64,000 nucleotides of DNA from Eledone cirrhosa (GCA_964016885.1 OZ024745.1:80476001-80540000), one strand, 5' to 3'. Shown: positions 25,882-39,434, numbered from the stretch's first letter. The notes: generated from the letters alone by a model not told the origin. Translations and numbers: made by a program.

Positions 25882-28800
25882 ATCTACTGAAAGATAATAT
25901 GATTAATTCAAAAGTATATTTATCTATTTTTTGATATTTCATATTTAAGTTCTTAAACAATAATACTTCCATCCATAATTTCTATCCTTTAAAGAATTTT
26001 TTGAATCATCGGTCTTTGTACAAAGGTTTTCTTAAATTTTCTTATTCTAAAGCATTACATATTAATCTGTCTTCTTTTTGAATGATATAAGTTTTCAAAC
26101 TCTTGCCACTAATTCTGTTGCAATTTTGTACTTTGTTAATTTTGATATATTGATATATTTATCCATTTGAAAGTGTATCAGATTGAATTCTATAATTAGA
26201 TCAGCAGTACTTGAGTTTCAGTTGACATTTTATCTGTTTCATTAAAATGTTTCATAAAACCTTTGATAGAAACCATATTTTCTGATTAAGGTGTGAGTGA
26301 TGTTTAGCTAAAGTGTTCCATTTTGTATTTGCCGGCTTTTGCAGCAGTCTGTTGAATCTCCCGTGAAATGTTTGAATCTAAATGTTGCCATGGACAGTTC
26401 AGAAAAGCCACAGGTCAGCTTTAGTGCACAGACAGCCATTTCTTGTCCGTTTCTTTTTTTCCTTTTCAATCATAGCTTTAGTTTTACTTGGTTGTTGTTG
26501 TATGACATTTTCTCTTTGAGTCTTTCATATAAACATTTTGTTTATTCATTTTTTTGTTTACATATCACCACATTCCCAGCACAAATAGACATAAAAAAAA
26601 AATCTGGATTACACCTGTGGGAGGTGGGGGAACCTCTGCTGTTGGATTGGCAGAATTATTAGAGCATTGGACAAAATGCCTTGCAGTATTATGACCATCT
26701 ATGTTGTGATTTCAAATCCCACTGCAGTCAACTTTACCTTTTATTCTACCAATAACATAAATACCAGTCAAGTATTCAAGTAGTTTGAGTCAACTAAACC
26801 CTTTCCCCAAAAATATGTGGCTTTGGGCTAAAGTTAGATATCAATATTTGTTGTTATCATCTCACAACATTTACATGTTTCATTTGGAAGTAAAAAGAAC
26901 AACAACATATCTCCGTCTTTTAGTTTTTTTTCATAGATGTCTTGATAGTTAGTATTCATCCATCTCTGTATTAATAATAATAATTGTTTCTACTTTTGGC
27001 ACAAGGCCAGCAATTATCCCAGTGCATGACTGGTACTTTATTTTATCGACCCCGTAATAATAATAATGAAATTATTATGTAAAGTGCTCAGGTGCACTAC
27101 AACTCGTCAAAGGTGCATGTATAGTACATAGAATAATATACAAATGTCAGGGAAGTGAATAGTGTATGAGTCATGATATACATGTGTGTATGTGTATGGA
27201 GGGGGAACATTAGGTGTAGTGTTGGCGAATCTCGGGAAGCATGGAGGTTTTATTACTCTGGGTTAACTAGATGTAGCAAAAGTTGTTTACTAAAATATGT
27301 GCATCAATTAATCTCTTGATGGTTTGAAACATTGGAATTTGAACATGTTTTTCTCTCCCTGGGGTATTTTATCCAATTTTTTAACACTATTATCATTTAT
27401 AGCAATTTTGAGTTTGGATACCAACATTTCAATTTTCAAATCATCCAAACACTTCAATAAGTCCTAAGATTTGTTTACTTCAGTCTCTAGCCACTAAAGC
27501 AATTATATATAGTTCTTAAATTGGACAGAAACTGTTATCAGCTGTCATTTGGTATAGTGGTTAACATGCCAGGCCAGAATTCAAGAGATACAGAGTTCTT
27601 TGTAGTGGCTGTTAGTCATTTTTTTCTCTTTAACCCTTTAGCATTTACATTATTCTATATTTATTATTGTATTTTCATGGTAAACACTTTATCTCACATA
27701 ATATTGAATCTATGAGATTTTAATATTATTTTTTTTTGAGAACAATACCTCAACATCAGGATGAGCAGCCGGTTACGGCCAGTTTGAACAGAAAGAGGTG
27801 AGAGAATTCTGGCTTGATACGGCCAGTTTAAGTGCTATTATAATCTATAATGATTTTGTGTTGAAATTTGAAAACGTTGAAATTCAAAATACCTTGATAA
27901 ATCACAAGATTTGTTTTGATAGATAGTTTACACACATCTCTGTATTGCTCTGGGTAAAGTAGATCTAGTAAAAGTTGTTTACTAAAATATCTACGCCAGA
28001 TCACTCACAAATGAATAATAGCTTTTTGTTTTTTATAGGTATTAATTTTTTTATAAAATAGTGAAGCTGTGTTTTTTTGTTCCGAAATTTCAAAGACACG
28101 GTAACGATTGATCAAATACCAACATTGATTAAAGTAAACACCATGGTTTTTAAAAGTATATATTGGTTGATACGTTGGTTATGTAGCTAATAAAACTTCA
28201 TAGTATTATTGGTTTTGTTTCAATGTTGGTTAAAGTTAGGTTTCTTGACTGGTTGTGAGTTCTTTTTAAACAGCTTTGCAGTCAAAAGAATACATTTCTC
28301 TGTTTACTTAGGTACTATTGTAGGTGTATTGTTGATTGGTTCAATATCAGATATATTGTTGGTTTATATTTGTTTTATTCTACAAAGAGAAACTGCTTTG
28401 GTTGGGGTGTAGTGGGGGAGTTAATATCATGTATAATTTTTGTCATTGTCTTCTCTCTCACTGTGTAAGCAGTCAATATTTAATATACTGTATAACGTTT
28501 GTCATTCTCGCTCTTTCTCCTCTCCTCCCCTTTCTCTCCCTCATCACACATGCACACTGTGTAGCAAGCATTACAACGGACAATATTTTTGTACTGATGT
28601 TATTTGATAAGAGGATTTTCCCTTCCTTTCCACCCCCCTATCTCCCACCTCCCCACCTTCTCTTATCCCTCTCTTCCCCTCTATTTATGACTGTTTTATA
28701 ATTGTTTTCTGAATGTTCTACAAAGATGAAAAACAACCAAACAAAACCTGGTGTAATTGGAAGAGTGGAGTAGTGATTATTTCTCTAGGCAAAACCTCCA

Positions 28801-29019
28801 AAATACTCACTTAAAACAAATCTTGGTTTGATTTTAGAAAAAAACAAACATTGTCAGTTTAAACTTATTGTTTAGAATCTTTTCCTAAACATCAGTTTCA
28901 CTGGCAAGTAAATTATTGAATTTGTTTAGAAATTTATGAGAAAGTTAGAAGATTCATCAAATTTGTTTCTGTTGAGGGGACTTATATACACTATTATTTA
29001 AACTTTTTTTCTATTTTGA

Positions 29020-29460
29020 AATCTTCAAATACCTTGGTGCATACACCAACTTGTCAAATGATATAAACAACAGTATAGCACAAGCATGGTCAATTGTGAA
29101 CTTGTTAGATAAGATGTGGAAATCTAACATAATGACAAAAATAATAGTTAGATTATTCAAAGCTACAGTGGAATCAATCTTGCTGTATTCCAGTGAATCA
29201 TGGTTAGTGACAATACCTATCACCAAAGTTTTAGATGGTTGCTACACACAAATGTTAAGAAGGATAAAAAATATAAAACCTCTTGACTGTTACAAACAAA
29301 ATTCTCTATGGCAACCTCCTGCCCATTAGCCATGCAGATTATGTCATGAAAGGCAACAAACCTGATACATGACTTTTACTATGGGAGCCCACTAATGTGA
29401 AAAGTGGAAGACCTCTCCAGACATTAAAGAGAATTGTTGAGGAAGGTACAGAATTATCTG
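29020..29460 (+). mobile_element. Decayed RTE-like LINE 3' fragment
   Basis: FKATVESILLYSSESW...LDGCYTQMLRRI motif. Confidence 0.7.
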
Positions 29461-30202
29461 GTGAGATGGAAAGGTTTTATCATGTCACCACAAAGTAAAA
29501 AAAATCTATAAAGCTTCTTTTTCATAAATTTCAAATTTTGCTCATCACATTTATTTGTTAATTGTTTAAACTTTTCCTAAACATTAATTTGTCATCCTCC
29601 TCTTCACTGTTCATTAGTTAGACGAATTGTCACATTAAGTTTTGCTGACTAATAAATTATTGAATTTGATTTGTCAGTCTAAACTGATTATTTAGAAATA
29701 TGAAATATTGAAATCCAAACACAGAATCATGATAATAATAGCATTAGAAAATCAGGTAAAATACCTTTAGGTACTGAAGAACTACATTCAAGCGTGTTAA
29801 CTATTACGCCAAATTAGAGACTAGATATAATAGCTTTAGTGGCTAGAGCTGGAAGTGAACAAATCTTATGAGTTATTGAGGCTTTGAATGATTTCAAAAT
29901 TGGAAAACATTGAAATCCAAACAGTCATTACAAATCCTCCAAACACTTCAGTAAATCATTAGATTTAATTAGTCATTTCCTAAACATTACTAAGTTTCAC
30001 TGACAAGTAAACTGCTAAATTTAATTTGTCACTCTAAACTAATTGTTTAAAGTCTTTTTCTTATTCTAAATATTTAATTTTCACCAGTTTTATCCTAGTA
30101 ATCATAAACCACAATATTCCAATGCAGATATGAATAAATTATTTAAATTTATAAAATAAGTATTTCAATGAAATATATATTTTCTTTTTTTCTATTATAC
30201 AG

Positions 30203-30256
30203 CCAGAAGAAAGAAAACATGTTAGTTCAGTGGTATCTTTGTTTCTCTTGTCACAG
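30203..30256 (+). CDS. CLEC16A: CLEC16A exon (PEERKHVSSVVSLFLLSQ)
   Basis: Matches VSL.LLSQ; tacag/gtaaaa; phase 0-0. Confidence 0.93.
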
Positions 30257-30724
30257 GTAAAAGTAATTTATTAAATTGACGTTTCTTTTTTTTTTTTTTT
30301 TACTGACAAACAATTCAAATTTATTTCTCAGAATGGCAGCAATCATCATTATCACCATCGACACCACCACCACCACTACCACTACAACCATTATATTATA
30401 TTTCCTTTCCATTTTGGCATGGGTTGGATAGATTGTCATGGTTCTTATTTAGAATTACCTGCCTAATTGTATGAGAGGCCCACATCTCTTGCCCACACAT
30501 TTTATTTCTGGCATGGTTTCTACCACTAGACACTCTTCCTAACACCAACCACTTGACTATGTGTTCTGGATGTATTTTATTAAGGTGCTGGCACTAGAGA
30601 AGTTATGTCCGTGTTATGACTAAAGGGTCCTGCTGACACTACCTTATCAACTTAGAATTATTATCTTATAACAAAGATTTCCATTCATTTTCTAATGTTG
30701 ATGGTTTTAAATTTCAGCACATTT

Positions 30725-31160
30725 TGACTATTATCTATATAAGTGATATTTAAAGTGACTAATTATCAAGACAAGTGATATATAGTAGCTATTATGTAGG
30801 CAAGTGATATATAGTGACTATTATCATGGAATATGATATATAGTGGCTATTATGTAGGCAGGTGATATATAGTGACTATTATCATGGAATATGATATATA
30901 GTGGCTATTATGTAGGCAAGTGATATTTAAAGTCACTATTATGTAGGCAAGTGATATTTAAAGTGGCTATTATCAAGGAATATGATATTTAAAGTGGCTA
31001 TTATCTTTGCAAGTGATATATGAAGTGGCTATCATCAAGGCAAGTGATATATAAAGTGACTATTATCAAGGCAAGTGATATATAAAGTGACTATTATCAA
31101 GGCAAGTGATATATAAAGTGACTATTATCTTCGTAAAATGATATATAACATGACTTGTCA
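30725..31160. repeat. ~28-31-bp minisatellite (GTGACTATTATCAAGGCAAGTGATATATAAA)
   Basis: More than 10 tandem variants. Confidence 0.9.
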
Positions 31161-31336
31161 AGTGATAATGAAACAACATTCTTCCATCTTGTACATTTTC
31201 TCTCAGTAGGCCTCTTTCCTGCTATAAATAAATCTACCTTCCAGTATCCCAGTCTGTCTGGTTATTGAATCAGAAAATTAAATTAATAAACTTGTTCATT
31301 TTAACTGTATTTGTATTTTCCACCCCAAATTTCTAG

Positions 31337-31447
31337 GTGTTTCTTATTATTAGTCATGCTCCTCTTGTTCGTCAACTGGCAGAAATCATATTCCAAGGAA
31401 ACATTTGTCTTACAAGGGTTGATGCCCGAGAGGATTCTCCAAAATTA
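31337..31447 (+). CDS. CLEC16A: CLEC16A exon (VFLIISHAPLVRQLAEIIFQGNICLTRVDAREDSPKL)
   Basis: Matches VFLII.HAPLV..LAE; tctag/gtaagt. Confidence 0.95.
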
Positions 31448-32796
31448 GTAAGTCCAATTGATTTCTTCTATTGCTAGTTTTTACCTCATTGCTTGTGAGA
31501 ACTTTTAGGTTTGATCAGATTAGGTTTGATCAGTTTACATATAATTACTCAATTACTCTCCATTGCTAACATTTAAAAAAAATGTAGGCAGAATATCTAC
31601 TGTGTAATAACTTGAGTTTTAAAGCCTGTAAATATTTTTTCAAACAGCCTTTCTTAAAAGAAAAGTAAAACTTACAAAGATCTGTATAATGTTTAAATAC
31701 ATTTATTTCAGTTTTAATCAGTGTGGTTTAGCAATCAACAAAACAACTACATTATACAGGCATTGATGTTGCTGTGTATATAAGGGATGATAGACTTTCT
31801 ACTTTAGATTAAATGCTTTTTATTTACTTAATATAATTATAAGATAGATTGTCCTGTTTACATCAGAGGAAATAAATTTAGGAGTTTTGAAATTTCAGTA
31901 ACGTAGCTTCTGTTGGATCATCTTTAATGTTTTATTTGGAAATCTGTTTCAATTACTGTTGTAAATGAATAGTTTAGGGCCAAATAATTTGTTGGCTTCT
32001 GAAAACTGATTACAGAAATTTATACAGTGCTATGACTGGGCACTCCTTTAAGTTATGCTGACAACCTACATAATTACTAATGAATACTTATGTGTCTGTG
32101 TGTTATCATCATCACTGTTTAACATCCATTTTGTATGTTAGCATGGGTTAGATGAGTTGGGCCATTGAGACAAGTCAGATCAGGTGTCTGTGTCTTGCTC
32201 ATACAGAAGTGTTTTTGGTTTGGTTTCCATGGCTGGATGCCCTTCTGAACGGCAACCACTTTTCCAGCTTTTTGTTGTGACACCAAAATGACTGACAAGT
32301 TGGACAAGGTACTTTTCTATTGTCATTAGCCAGATTTCCTTAAAGGGTGGACCGGGTGCTTTTTGTTGTGTCACCAACATGACCACTTTACAGGGTGGGT
32401 TGGCTGCTTTATGTTGTCACCAAGACGGACTGGGTGTTTATTTGTCATGTCACCAGCACATGGAATCTATTTGCCAAGTTTAGACACCATCCCAACTTCC
32501 TGAAAATGGCAATGGACAGTTGATGATGCTGAATAAACCTTTTCTGTTACATGAGGACTTTTTTCAATTGCAGCTTTCAACATATCATTATCAAAAGAGA
32601 CAGGGCACCCAGAATGGTGGCTGCTTTCCAAGTCAAATCATCATCATCATCGATTAACATTTATCTTCTACGCTAGCATGCGTTAGACAGGTCCCATTTA
32701 GAGGCAAGTTGGGTCGGGTGACTGTGTCTTGCTCATATAGGGGTGTTTCTGGCTGGTTTTCTACAGCTGGATGCCCTTCCTAACGCCAACCACATT

Positions 32797-32920
32797 AAAA
32801 AATTTATTGGACCATTGTCTGCACTTACAAACTTTCAAAACACCTTCACCATACAATTTTTGCACATTTTTTATAGTATTCATAGCACTATTACCTTTTT
32901 TGAACTTGTAAAGTATGATG
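32797..32920 (-). mobile_element. Mariner transposase N-terminal HTH fragment
   Basis: IILYKFKKGNSAMNTIKNVQKLYGEGVLKVCKCRQWSNKF resembles the mariner HTH domain. Confidence 0.7.
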
Positions 32921-33252
32921 GCACACGGCTTAGTGGTGAGAGCATTGGGCTTGCAATCGAAAGGTTGTGAGTTCAATTCTCAGACCGGGTGATGTGTTGT
33001 TTCCTTGAGCAAGACACTTTATTTCACATTGCTCCAGTTTACTCAGCTGTAGAAACAAGATGATAGGGACTGGGGTCCCTATCATTCCACTGCAAAGTGG
33101 TTGTGGAGGTGCCACGGCAAAAAAGCTTCAGCACTCACTGTAAATGAGGTTGGTATTAGGAAGGCCATCCAGCTGTAGAAATCAAGTCAGCATCAGTTCC
33201 CGTCCCACCCTTGCAAGCAGGGAAAAGCGGACGTAAAATGATGATGATGATG
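32919..33252 (+). mobile_element. Family B SINE with RTE-type GGACGTAAAA(TGA)n tail
   Basis: Near-identical to 57717-58048. Confidence 0.85.
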
Positions 33253-33455
33253 TCTTGTGTGCTCTTCTGTGACTTCCATTTTCATGATGGATTATTAAAG
33301 CAACAGATTAAAACTCATGTGCCTGCAAGCCTGAAACTTTCTGATTGAAGCTTTTCTTTCTCTGCAGTATTTATACTGTTGTGGAAGAATCTTGTTTAGA
33401 CATGCTGGAAAATGTTTTAACAAATACTATATAAAAAAAACTTACCTATGGAATG

Positions 33456-33497
<42 letters not shown>

Positions 33498-33636
33498 TTA
33501 AGTTGTTAAACAATATTCGATGATTATGTCAAAGAATGAGTTTTACAGTAGATTGGAAGCACTCAACTGAAAATAATTTTCAGGAGTTATTAATATTAAA
33601 ATATAAGTATTAATAAAATAGATGTTCTTTTGATCA

Positions 33637-33699
33637 ATTACATTTTATTATACATATTTCGGATGTACAACAGTACGTCCTCATCAGACAAAATATAAT
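33637..33699 (-). ncRNA. Minimal type I hammerhead ribozyme (antisense to CLEC16A)
   Basis: Reverse complement of 39372-39434. Confidence 0.8.
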
Positions 33700-34520
33700 G
33701 ATACATGACATACCCTGAGATATTAAATGGTTAAGATTTAATCAAGGTAGTGATTACCCCATAGAAAATTTTGCTTATATACTATCTGTGTGAGAGTGCG
33801 AAAACGTAATGAATTCATTAGAGAATGTGTGAGTAAGAAAAAAATATTGCATACTTAAAGTGTTCTAAAATTTTAAATTGTATGATACGATAATATCTAG
33901 GGAAACGTCTCATGAATCATAACAGCCAGTGATAGCCACTGGAAAAAGATTTATAAGGAGGGAAAGATAAAGTGTGGGTTTTTTTTTTCGAAAGTTAAAC
34001 GGTTAGAATTTGGAAATATTTAATTTATAATATTAATGTGAAGACTCCAGATTTCAGGATTATTTGCTATTTAATTATATATTATTTATATAAATTCGAT
34101 AAGTGTGTTATCATTTCTAAACTTCTGAATTGTGAGAATAACATTTTAAAGGATTTAGCTGGCACGTAAAGAATGAAATATTATACTGTTGATTAATTAC
34201 CTAACTTTAAACTTTAACAAATATCTCAACATATTAGGTATGTAAATCTTTTGAAGTACTTATTGTTATAAATATTTGAATAACTATTATGTATATAGGT
34301 ATATATTAATGAGTCAGTATATATAAGGTAAAAATAAAATAAAATATGTTACAGATAAAATTTATACATATGTATAATTATTCTTCAACCAAGATATCAA
34401 CGTATTATTAGATATAGGGATGTATATATATAGATATATATTAGGTATTATTAATGTAGTATACTTTAGGTAAATGTTAACAGTTATACTCTTAACAACA
34501 TTACATTTAAATATATATAT

Positions 34521-37500
34521 AGGAACCAGCATGATGTATGGGTGGGGGGTAGAAGATGGGATGGAGCAGAGAGGTTAAGAGTTTAAATAAGTACTCGAAG
34601 TTTTGCGTAAAACTTAGCAAGTTTAACAAAATATATTTAAAAGAATATATAAGAGTGATTTGTTTTGTTATGAAAATACGACAGAATTAAGAAAATGTAA
34701 GGTTTAAGATAAGATCCCCGTATTTTGGGCATAATTTAACAATAAAGGAAAATACAAGATTTGTTTTGTTTCAGAAAATACGATAGAGAAAATATTTTTC
34801 TCGATTCTTCTCTCCATTCTAATCCATTAGTCATTCATTCATTCACCATTCTATATCATATTTTTTCTCTAAAATCATATTTTCTCTATCATCGCATTTT
34901 CTCTATCGTATTTTCTAAAACAAAACAAATCTTGTATTTTCGTTTATTGTTAAATTATGCCCAAAATACGGGGATCTTATCTTAAACCTTACATTCTCGC
35001 TAACTACCCAACATCCCTCCCTCCCGCCCCCATGCACCACCATCCCTCCCTCCCGCCCCCACGCACCACCATCCCTCCCTCCCGCCCCCACGCACCACCA
35101 TCCCTCCCTCCCGCCCCCACGCACCACCATCCCTCCCTCCCGCCCCCACGCACCACCATTATTACGTGGACCAATCATAAGTCAGAGGCCCATACTATCG
35201 CTTAACTGATTGCTTTTCGATATGATGGATGGACTACGGAATTCTGGAGAGTTGAAGAGAGAAAAATCTGGACGCTCAGCGACAATGCCAAAGATAAAGA
35301 CAAATTCACCTCGTGGACGAGAATGCAAGCACTCCTCCTTGTTTCGGCCGAGGATGGAATTCTGTGACACAAATAACCTAACTATCTGTAACACTAACTT
35401 CAAAAAACGAGACAATCACTTGATCACCTATAGATCGGGGGAACACACAAGCCAGGTAGATTATATCCTTACCAGAAGACGTGACAGAGTGTCTGTTGTA
35501 AACACTAAATCCCTCCCCCATGAAGAATGCACCTCCCAACATAGACTGATAATTAGCGACCTCATAGTCAGGACGAGACGTACTAGACAGAAGAAGAGGA
35601 CTATCCTCAGGTGAAAAATATGGAAGCTAAAGGACCCCATAGCCAGAAGTAAATTTCAAAGCATATTACTTGATGCTTTCGACAGTAAGGAAGAGCAATT
35701 AGAGTCGTATAATATAGAGGAACAGTGGGAATTCCTGAAAGCAAACCTGCTGACGGCGGCAGACGAAGTCTGTGGCTGGAGCAGGCCTGTAGGTAGGAGG
35801 AGAGTAACATGGTGGTGGAACAGTAAGGTAGAGCAGTCAATTAAGGCCAAAAAGCAGGCTTGGAAAGTATGGCAGGATGGGGGAAGTAGAGAAGACTATC
35901 AAGTGGCCAGGAGGGAAGCTAGGAGACAAGTGTACTTCGCAAGAAGGGAAGCAGAGGAAAGAAAGTTCAAGCATGTTCTACAATGTGAGGACCAAAAACG
36001 TGAGGTGTTCAGGATTGCTAGGCAATGTGTCAAGGAAAACCGTGATATTGTCGGGGAGAAGTGTGTACTTAATGATGATGGCATACTTGCCATCACTGAT
36101 GCTGATAAGAAGGTAGCTTGGAAGTGTCACTACGAAAGGCTTCTAAATGAGGAGAACAAATGGGAGAAAGACAGTCTCCCCCACATCGACCCAATAGAGG
36201 GACCAGCAGTGTTAGTCGAAGGTAGTATAATAAGTAAGGCAATCAAAGATATGAAGACGGGTAAGGCGGCTGGGCCTTCGGAAATAATCGCTGAGATGCT
36301 GAAAGCATCTGGAACGGTGGGACACACCATGGTCACCCGGATAGTAAACCAAGTCATACAGAATGGGGTTGTTCCGAAGGACTGGCATAGCAGCATCATC
36401 ATTAACTGTTACAAGGGTAAAGGAGATGCCCTAGATAGGTGTAACTATAGAGGCATTAAATTAATCGACCAGGTCATGAAGGTCACGGAAAAAGTAATAG
36501 CGCAACTAATCAGAGAGAGAATTGATCTAGATGAAATGCAGTTCGGGTTTGTGTCAGGCAAAAGTACCACAGACGCTCTTTTCATTGTACGACAACTACA
36601 GGAGAAGTACCTAGCTAAAAGTAAACCCCTATACTTAGCTTTTGTTGACTTGGAGAAAGCCTTTGACAGAGTCCCCCGTTCCATTATCTGGTGGGCTCTT
36701 AGAAAACTAGGTGTTGACGAATGGCTTGTGAGAGCTATACAAGCCATGTATAAAGAAACAGTCAGCAAGGTTAGAATTAACAACGAATATAGTGAAGAGT
36801 TTAGCGTAAAAGTTGGTGTTCATCAGGGCTCTGTTCTTAGCCCCCTACTATTTATTATTGCCTTTCAGGCTATAACAGAGGCGTTCAAGACCGGCTGCCC
36901 ATATGAACTCCTATACGCAGATGATCTAACGCTCATAGCTGAATCAATGACCGAACTAGAGAAGAAATTCCAAACATGGAAGCACGGCCTAGAATCAGAA
37001 GGCCTTAAAATTAACCTGGCTAAGACTAAAGTTCTAGTTTGTAGGAAAGAAAATAAGGCGGCGGTCCCTTCCGGGAAATGGCCATGCTCAGTGTGTAGGA
37101 AAGGCGTAGGTAGAAACTCCATTTTATGTCCCAAATGCAAAGTATGGGTGCATAAAAGATGTAGTGAGATCACAGGTAAGCTAACTAATACATAGATTTT
37201 ACATGTGGCCGGTGCTCTGGTGCAATAAGTAGCAGCAAGTGCCCACAAAATACTAGCTCTTTCAATTGCGCAGAGGGTTCTATAGAAATAGTGGACAGCT
37301 TCCGTTACCTGGGTGACAAAATCAGCAGTGGGGGAGGGTGCTCTGAAAGTACAGTAGCTAGAGTCAGAACTGGATGGAAAAAGTTCAGAGAGCTTATACC
37401 ACTATTAGCCGCTAAAGGGTTCTCCCTAAAAATGAAAGGCAGGTTATACGATGCCTGCATACGAACAGCAATGCTGCATGGCAGTGAGACCTGGGCATTG

Positions 37501-38373
37501 TGTGCAGAGGATATACGCAGACTAGAGAGGAACGAAGCTTGCATGCTCCGCTGAATGTGCAATAGTAATATACGTGAACGGCTAAGCATAAACGAACTAA
37601 GGAAAAAATTAGAAATAAGAGGGATCAGATGTTGTTTACTCGAGAGAAGGCTACGTTGGTATGGTCACGTGATGCGCATGAAAGACGACAGCGTTATAAC
37701 AAAGTGCAGGGCAATAAAGATAGACGGTAGCCACGGAGTAGGCAGACCCAGAAAAACCTGGGACGACATGATAAATTCCGACCTCACATGCTTACACCTC
37801 TCCAAGACAATGTCACTGGACCGAGACATTTGGCGGTACTCAATAATAGAGAAGACCCGCCTTACCTAAATATACAAAGTAAAACCTACTACAGTCAGTA
37901 GGCATCTCTATCAAAACCCACCCCCGTCCCACCACCCCCACCCCATCCACACCGCCCCTTTGAATGTAAAGTTATGTTGGTGCCACAACATCCAGGCCGA
38001 AACAAATGAGATTGTGTAGGTGTCACGACAAAAAAACTGTCCACGCTGTAAATGTGGCCGTGTAGGCAACACGGTAAAAACCTCCCAGCCCCACACTGTA
38101 AATGTGGTTGGTGTTAGGAAGGGCATCCAGCTGTAGAAAACCCGCCAGACAGTCCACGCTGTAATGTGGCCATGTAGGCAACACAGTAAAAACCTCCCAG
38201 CCCCACACTGTAAATGTGGTTGGTGTTAGGAAGGGCATCCAGCTGTAGAAAACCCGCCAGACAGTCCTATGCGAGCAAGACAACCACTCTTGCCTCAAGT
38301 GGAAAACCCCCGTCCAAACCCATGCAAGCGTGGAACACGGACGCTAAACCTTGATGATGATGATGATGATGAT
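34521..38373 (+). mobile_element. RTE-clade LINE, copy 2 (disabled, inverted 5' segment)
   Basis: RT ORF 35903-37195; ~590-bp deletion of the APE N-terminus near 35355; frameshifts near 35610 and 37190; TGA at 37552; (GAT)n tail. Confidence 0.93.
35012..35156. repeat. Five tandem 29-bp C-rich units in the RTE 5' UTR
   Basis: CATCCCTCCCTCCCGCCCCCAYGCACCAC x5. Confidence 0.95.
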
Positions 38374-38732
38374 ATACATATAAGAAAAACGAACAATGAG
38401 TGCATGTATAAAGTTCAAAATAATGTCTATAATAATCTTTAGTTTGGATATTTTTTCTATATTTGAATCATGTATACAAAAATATATAGAATACAACATA
38501 TAACTACATATATATTATAAAACATTATATTATAAAATAAGAGATCGAAAGTACAGCGAAAAAATTCACATTTATATATAAGTTTGAATCCGTCTCAAAT
38601 TTAGATATTATAGTGCAGTAAGTATATTTAAAAGAAATATATGCTATATTATACTATAAATAAACATTTGGAGTTATAGATAAGTTTCGTAAAAATTTTG
38701 GGATTGGGTATTAAAACTAAAATTTAAAAGAG

Positions 38733-39215
38733 ATTACAAATGTATTAAAAATTCACTGTTAAATAAATTCAATAGATATGTAAGGATTAGGTATTGCACT
38801 AAATTATAGATAAATGATGGTGTTGATCAAAGTTAACAAATAAAGTTGTGTGTATCAATGTTTAGGCATGCTAATTGAAATATTGTCATTCATTCAAACG
38901 TTTTTTCTATAGATATCCATAAAATAAAGCAATATTAAAGGCCATTGATGTTTTTTACTGTTGATTATATATTCATGGTAACCGAGTTGTTATTGGTACT
39001 TTTTTTCTTGTTTTAGATTACAAATGTATTAAAAATTCAGTTAAATAAATACAATAGATATGTAAGGATTAGGTATTGTACTAAATTATAGATAAATGAT
39101 GGTGTTGATCAAAGTTAACAAATAAAGTTGTGTGTATCGATGTTTAAGCATGCTAATTGAAATATTGTCATTCATTCTAACGTTGTTCTTTCTAAAGATA
39201 TCCATAAAATAAAAT
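38733..39215. repeat. ~200-bp direct duplication (38733-38930 / 39015-39215)
   Basis: GATTACAAATGTATTAAAAATTCA...GATATCCATAAAATAAA repeated. Confidence 0.85.
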
Positions 39216-39371
39216 AAAGCAAAACGTTTTTTTCTTACTCACACATTCTCTAATGAATTCATTATGTTTTCGCACTCTCACACAGATAGTATATAAGCAA
39301 AATTTTTTATGGGGTAATCACTACCTGGATTAAATCTTAACCATTTAATATCTCAGGGTATGTCATGTATC

Positions 39372-39434
39372 ATTATATTTTGTCTGATGAGGACGTACTG
39401 TTGTACATCCGAAATATGTATAATAAAATGTAAT
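39372..39434 (+). ncRNA. Minimal type I hammerhead ribozyme (sense to CLEC16A pre-mRNA)
   Basis: 12-bp stem I (39372-39383/39423-39434), CUGAUGA 39384-39390, stem II GGACGUAC/GUACAUCC, GAAA 39411-39414, short self-complementary stem III, AUA cleavage triplet 39420-39422. Confidence 0.82.

Noticed and set aside
30725-31160. CRISPR-like regular repeats (also 46398-46640, 54940-55420)
   Set aside because: Tandem units without unique spacers; eukaryotic minisatellites
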